Shown one piece after another: positions 21,252-22,811 of a DNA stretch of 22,811 bases. Origin of the DNA: Pseudomonadota bacterium (GTDB lineage: Bacteria > Pseudomonadota > Alphaproteobacteria > Rs-D84); assembly GCA_009781955.1 (NCBI GenBank), contig WQUT01000047.1, positions 1 through 22,811 of the forward strand. Reading direction: 5' to 3'. The position numbers were made by a program, and so were the translations under genes. The notes beneath the pieces are model-generated. The model worked only from the letters and a program-made list of their open reading frames with translations. It was not told the DNA's origin and ran no database searches. Position 1 is the stretch's first letter, and each line of letters starts with the position of its first letter.

Positions 21252-21285
21252 TTTAAGATTAAATCTAAATGACGTGGGGAAAAAA

Positions 21286-21996
21286 ATGAGCGGGATATTA
21301 AAATCTTTATCCAAGGCGAATGTCGGCGACGTGGTGCTTTCCGTCCGCGACATAGGCCGCACGTTTATAGAGGGCGGCCAGCCGCTGCATATCCTGAAAG
21401 GCGGCGGGTTTGACCTGCGCCGCGGCGAAATCATCACGCTGGTCGGGCCGTCGGGATGCGGAAAATCAACACTGTTGCAATGCGTGGGATTATTGGACAA
21501 GCCGACGCACGGGCAAATCGTGATAGACGGAATTCCCGTGCACAAGATGAACGATGAAGAGCGCACGTCCGTGCGCCGCAAAAAACTGGGGTTCGTGTAT
21601 CAGCGGCATAATTTGCTGGACGATTTCACGGCGATTGAAAATGTCCTGCTGCCCATGCTGGCGGATGGCGCGGACGAGGACGCGGCATTCGCGCGCGCGT
21701 CGCGTTTGCTGAAATCCGCGAACGTCCTGCACCGCGCGGGACACCGCCCAAGCGAAATGTCGGGCGGAGAGCAGCAGCGAACCGCGGTCGCACGCTCTCT
21801 CGCCAATAACCCCGATATATTGCTGGCGGACGAACCGACCGGCAGTTTGGATCCCATGCACGCGGCGACGGTGTTTGACCTGCTACTGGATCTGGTGCGG
21901 CGCAGCAAGATGGCGATGCTGTTTGTGACGCATGATATGTCGCTGGCCAACCGCGCCGATAAAGTTATTACCATAAAGAATGGTATTGTTGGATAA
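21286..21996 (+). CDS. lolD: Lipoprotein-releasing ABC transporter ATP-binding protein LolD
   Basis: Walker A GPSGCGKST, Q-loop, signature MSGGEQQRTAVAR, Walker B ILLADEPTGSLD and H-loop VTHD. GGGGA lies 6 nt upstream of ATG 21286. The listed longer ORF from 21124 overlaps the preceding gene. Confidence 0.9.
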   Translation: MSGILKSLSKANVGDVVLSVRDIGRTFIEGGQPLHILKGGGFDLRRGEIITLVGPSGCGKSTLLQCVGLLDKPTHGQIVIDGIPVHKMNDEERTSVRRKKLGFVYQRHNLLDDFTAIENVLLPMLADGADEDAAFARASRLLKSANVLHRAGHRPSEMSGGEQQRTAVARSLANNPDILLADEPTGSLDPMHAATVFDLLLDLVRRSKMAMLFVTHDMSLANRADKVITIKNGIVG

Positions 21997-21999
21997 ATA

Positions 22000-22161
22000 G
22001 ACTACCCCGGATTTCCATCGGCAACAAGTTGCCGGGAAATCCAACCCTTCTGAGAAGGGTATCTTCGTGCTCATTAGGTTAAAATTAATGAGCGCTAGTT
22101 CCCCTTCGCAGAAGGGGAGGAAAGCTTGGCAGCTATGCTGCCTTGGCTTTCCGGGGTAGTC
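22000..22161. repeat. 162-bp element with 12-bp perfect terminal inverted repeats enclosing five hairpins (MITE-like or structured RNA)
   Basis: TIR GACTACCCCGGA (22000..22011) with TCCGGGGTAGTC (22150..22161). Hairpins: GGATTTCC..GGAAATCC with inner GGCAAC/GTTGCC; ACCCTTC-tga-GAAGGGT; GCTCATTA-n9-TAATGAGC; CCCCTTC-gca-GAAGGGG; GGAAAGC..GGCAGC-tat-GCTGCC..GCTTTCC. Confidence 0.85.
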
Positions 22162-22184
22162 AATAAATCAAAAAGGAGGAAAGA

Positions 22185-22811
22185 ATGCCGAAAGAAACAT
22201 CAAAAAACGAACGCAAAATCAGCTGGCGATTTCTGGGCGGCTGGGGATGGATGATATATGTCGTTCTGGCCGTATTTTTCCTCGGCTGGTCGGTCGGACG
22301 CTTTGCGCATTCTGTCCATTATCATAAAACGATTATAGAGCAAAAGGTTGCCGCCGCCCAAAACACTAACGTTCCGGCGGCGCCGGCCGAAACGCCACCG
22401 GCGGGGGAAGGGGTAAAAACGCCCGAAACCGCGATGCCGGCAGAGCAAACTTGCGCCACGGTTGAAAAGCTTTTGCTGCGGCAATTGGGCGACACCGCAT
22501 TTTCCGAAGACCCGCGCGATCACTTTCACCGCGCGAACGTGTATTCCAAGGTCAGCCTGCGCGGCTGTCCGGAATCCAGCGAGAGGTTCCGCCGCTTGGC
22601 CCTGCGGGAACTGCAAATCGGATTTGCCCTCGGCGAAGACCGGATGGAAGAAAAAACCAAGGCAGAGGTCGCGGATACTTACAACAAGCTGGAAATGAAG
22701 GCAGATGCGGATAAGTTTTTTAACAAAATGAAACAGTTGACTGATCCGACGATTGACTTCATAATACAGGTGCAGAGAATTATAGAAGAGCCGCCGCAAC
22801 GGCAAAATTAA
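22185..22811 (+). CDS. Hypothetical membrane-anchored protein
   Basis: AAGGAGGA lies 6 nt upstream of the ATG. One N-terminal TM segment (GGWGWMIYVVLAVFFLGWSVG), followed by a Pro/Ala-rich linker. The stop falls at the last 3 nt of the window. Confidence 0.6.
   Translation: MPKETSKNERKISWRFLGGWGWMIYVVLAVFFLGWSVGRFAHSVHYHKTIIEQKVAAAQNTNVPAAPAETPPAGEGVKTPETAMPAEQTCATVEKLLLRQLGDTAFSEDPRDHFHRANVYSKVSLRGCPESSERFRRLALRELQIGFALGEDRMEEKTKAEVADTYNKLEMKADADKFFNKMKQLTDPTIDFIIQVQRIIEEPPQRQN

Noticed and set aside
21124-21285. Longer LolD ORF starting at 21124 (MRNKIVNYPKKNKK...).
   Set aside because: It overlaps the 3' end of the preceding gene in another frame. The extra residues are Lys-rich translations of AT-rich DNA. 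ATG 21286 has a GGGGA SD and gives a normal LolD N-terminus.

Overview
This is a chromosomal, mostly housekeeping window from a diderm (Gram-negative-type) bacterium, as shown by the Lol lipoprotein-export genes, an AsmA-family gene and ftsQ-ftsA. I cannot place the lineage. I support 20 protein-coding genes and one tRNA.

Genes, in order:
- A tightly packed operon of HD phosphohydrolase, HhH-GPD-like protein, secreted protein and ung.
- tRNA-Thr(GGU), an alaX-like editing protein, a small OB-fold periplasmic protein, aspS, an asmA-family gene, uvrB and tsaE.
- ftsQ, then an ftsA that runs without a stop into a complete ribulose-phosphate 3-epimerase domain.
- Two lipoprotein genes, one of them secretin-like, and a catalytically degenerate 2-hydroxyacid-dehydrogenase homologue.
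- lolC/E and lolD, split by an AT-rich zeta-toxin-like P-loop gene, plus several hypotheticals.
- I found no rRNA, CRISPR array, transposase or integrase.

The unusual content is mostly non-coding or structural:
1. Hairpin-array or palindromic elements are inserted in-frame inside three conserved genes (the HhH gene, uvrB, tsaE), reminiscent of Rickettsia palindromic elements. Related copies lie in intergenic DNA.
2. A textbook T-box antiterminator motif with a UGGC bulge sits immediately upstream of aspS and can pair with the aspS ribosome-binding region.
3. A roughly 260-nt densely structured leader or sRNA candidate on the minus strand has its own extended -10 promoter, a pseudoknot-type crossing helix pair and an intrinsic terminator, just upstream of a hypothetical gene.
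4. Several intergenic loci share one architecture: tandem 7-8-nt words facing their own inverted copies, with a different word at most loci.
5. A 162-bp element between lolD and the next gene is closed by terminal inverted repeats and contains five hairpins.

All functional calls come from motif recognition by eye. No database search, folding program or GC calculation was run.
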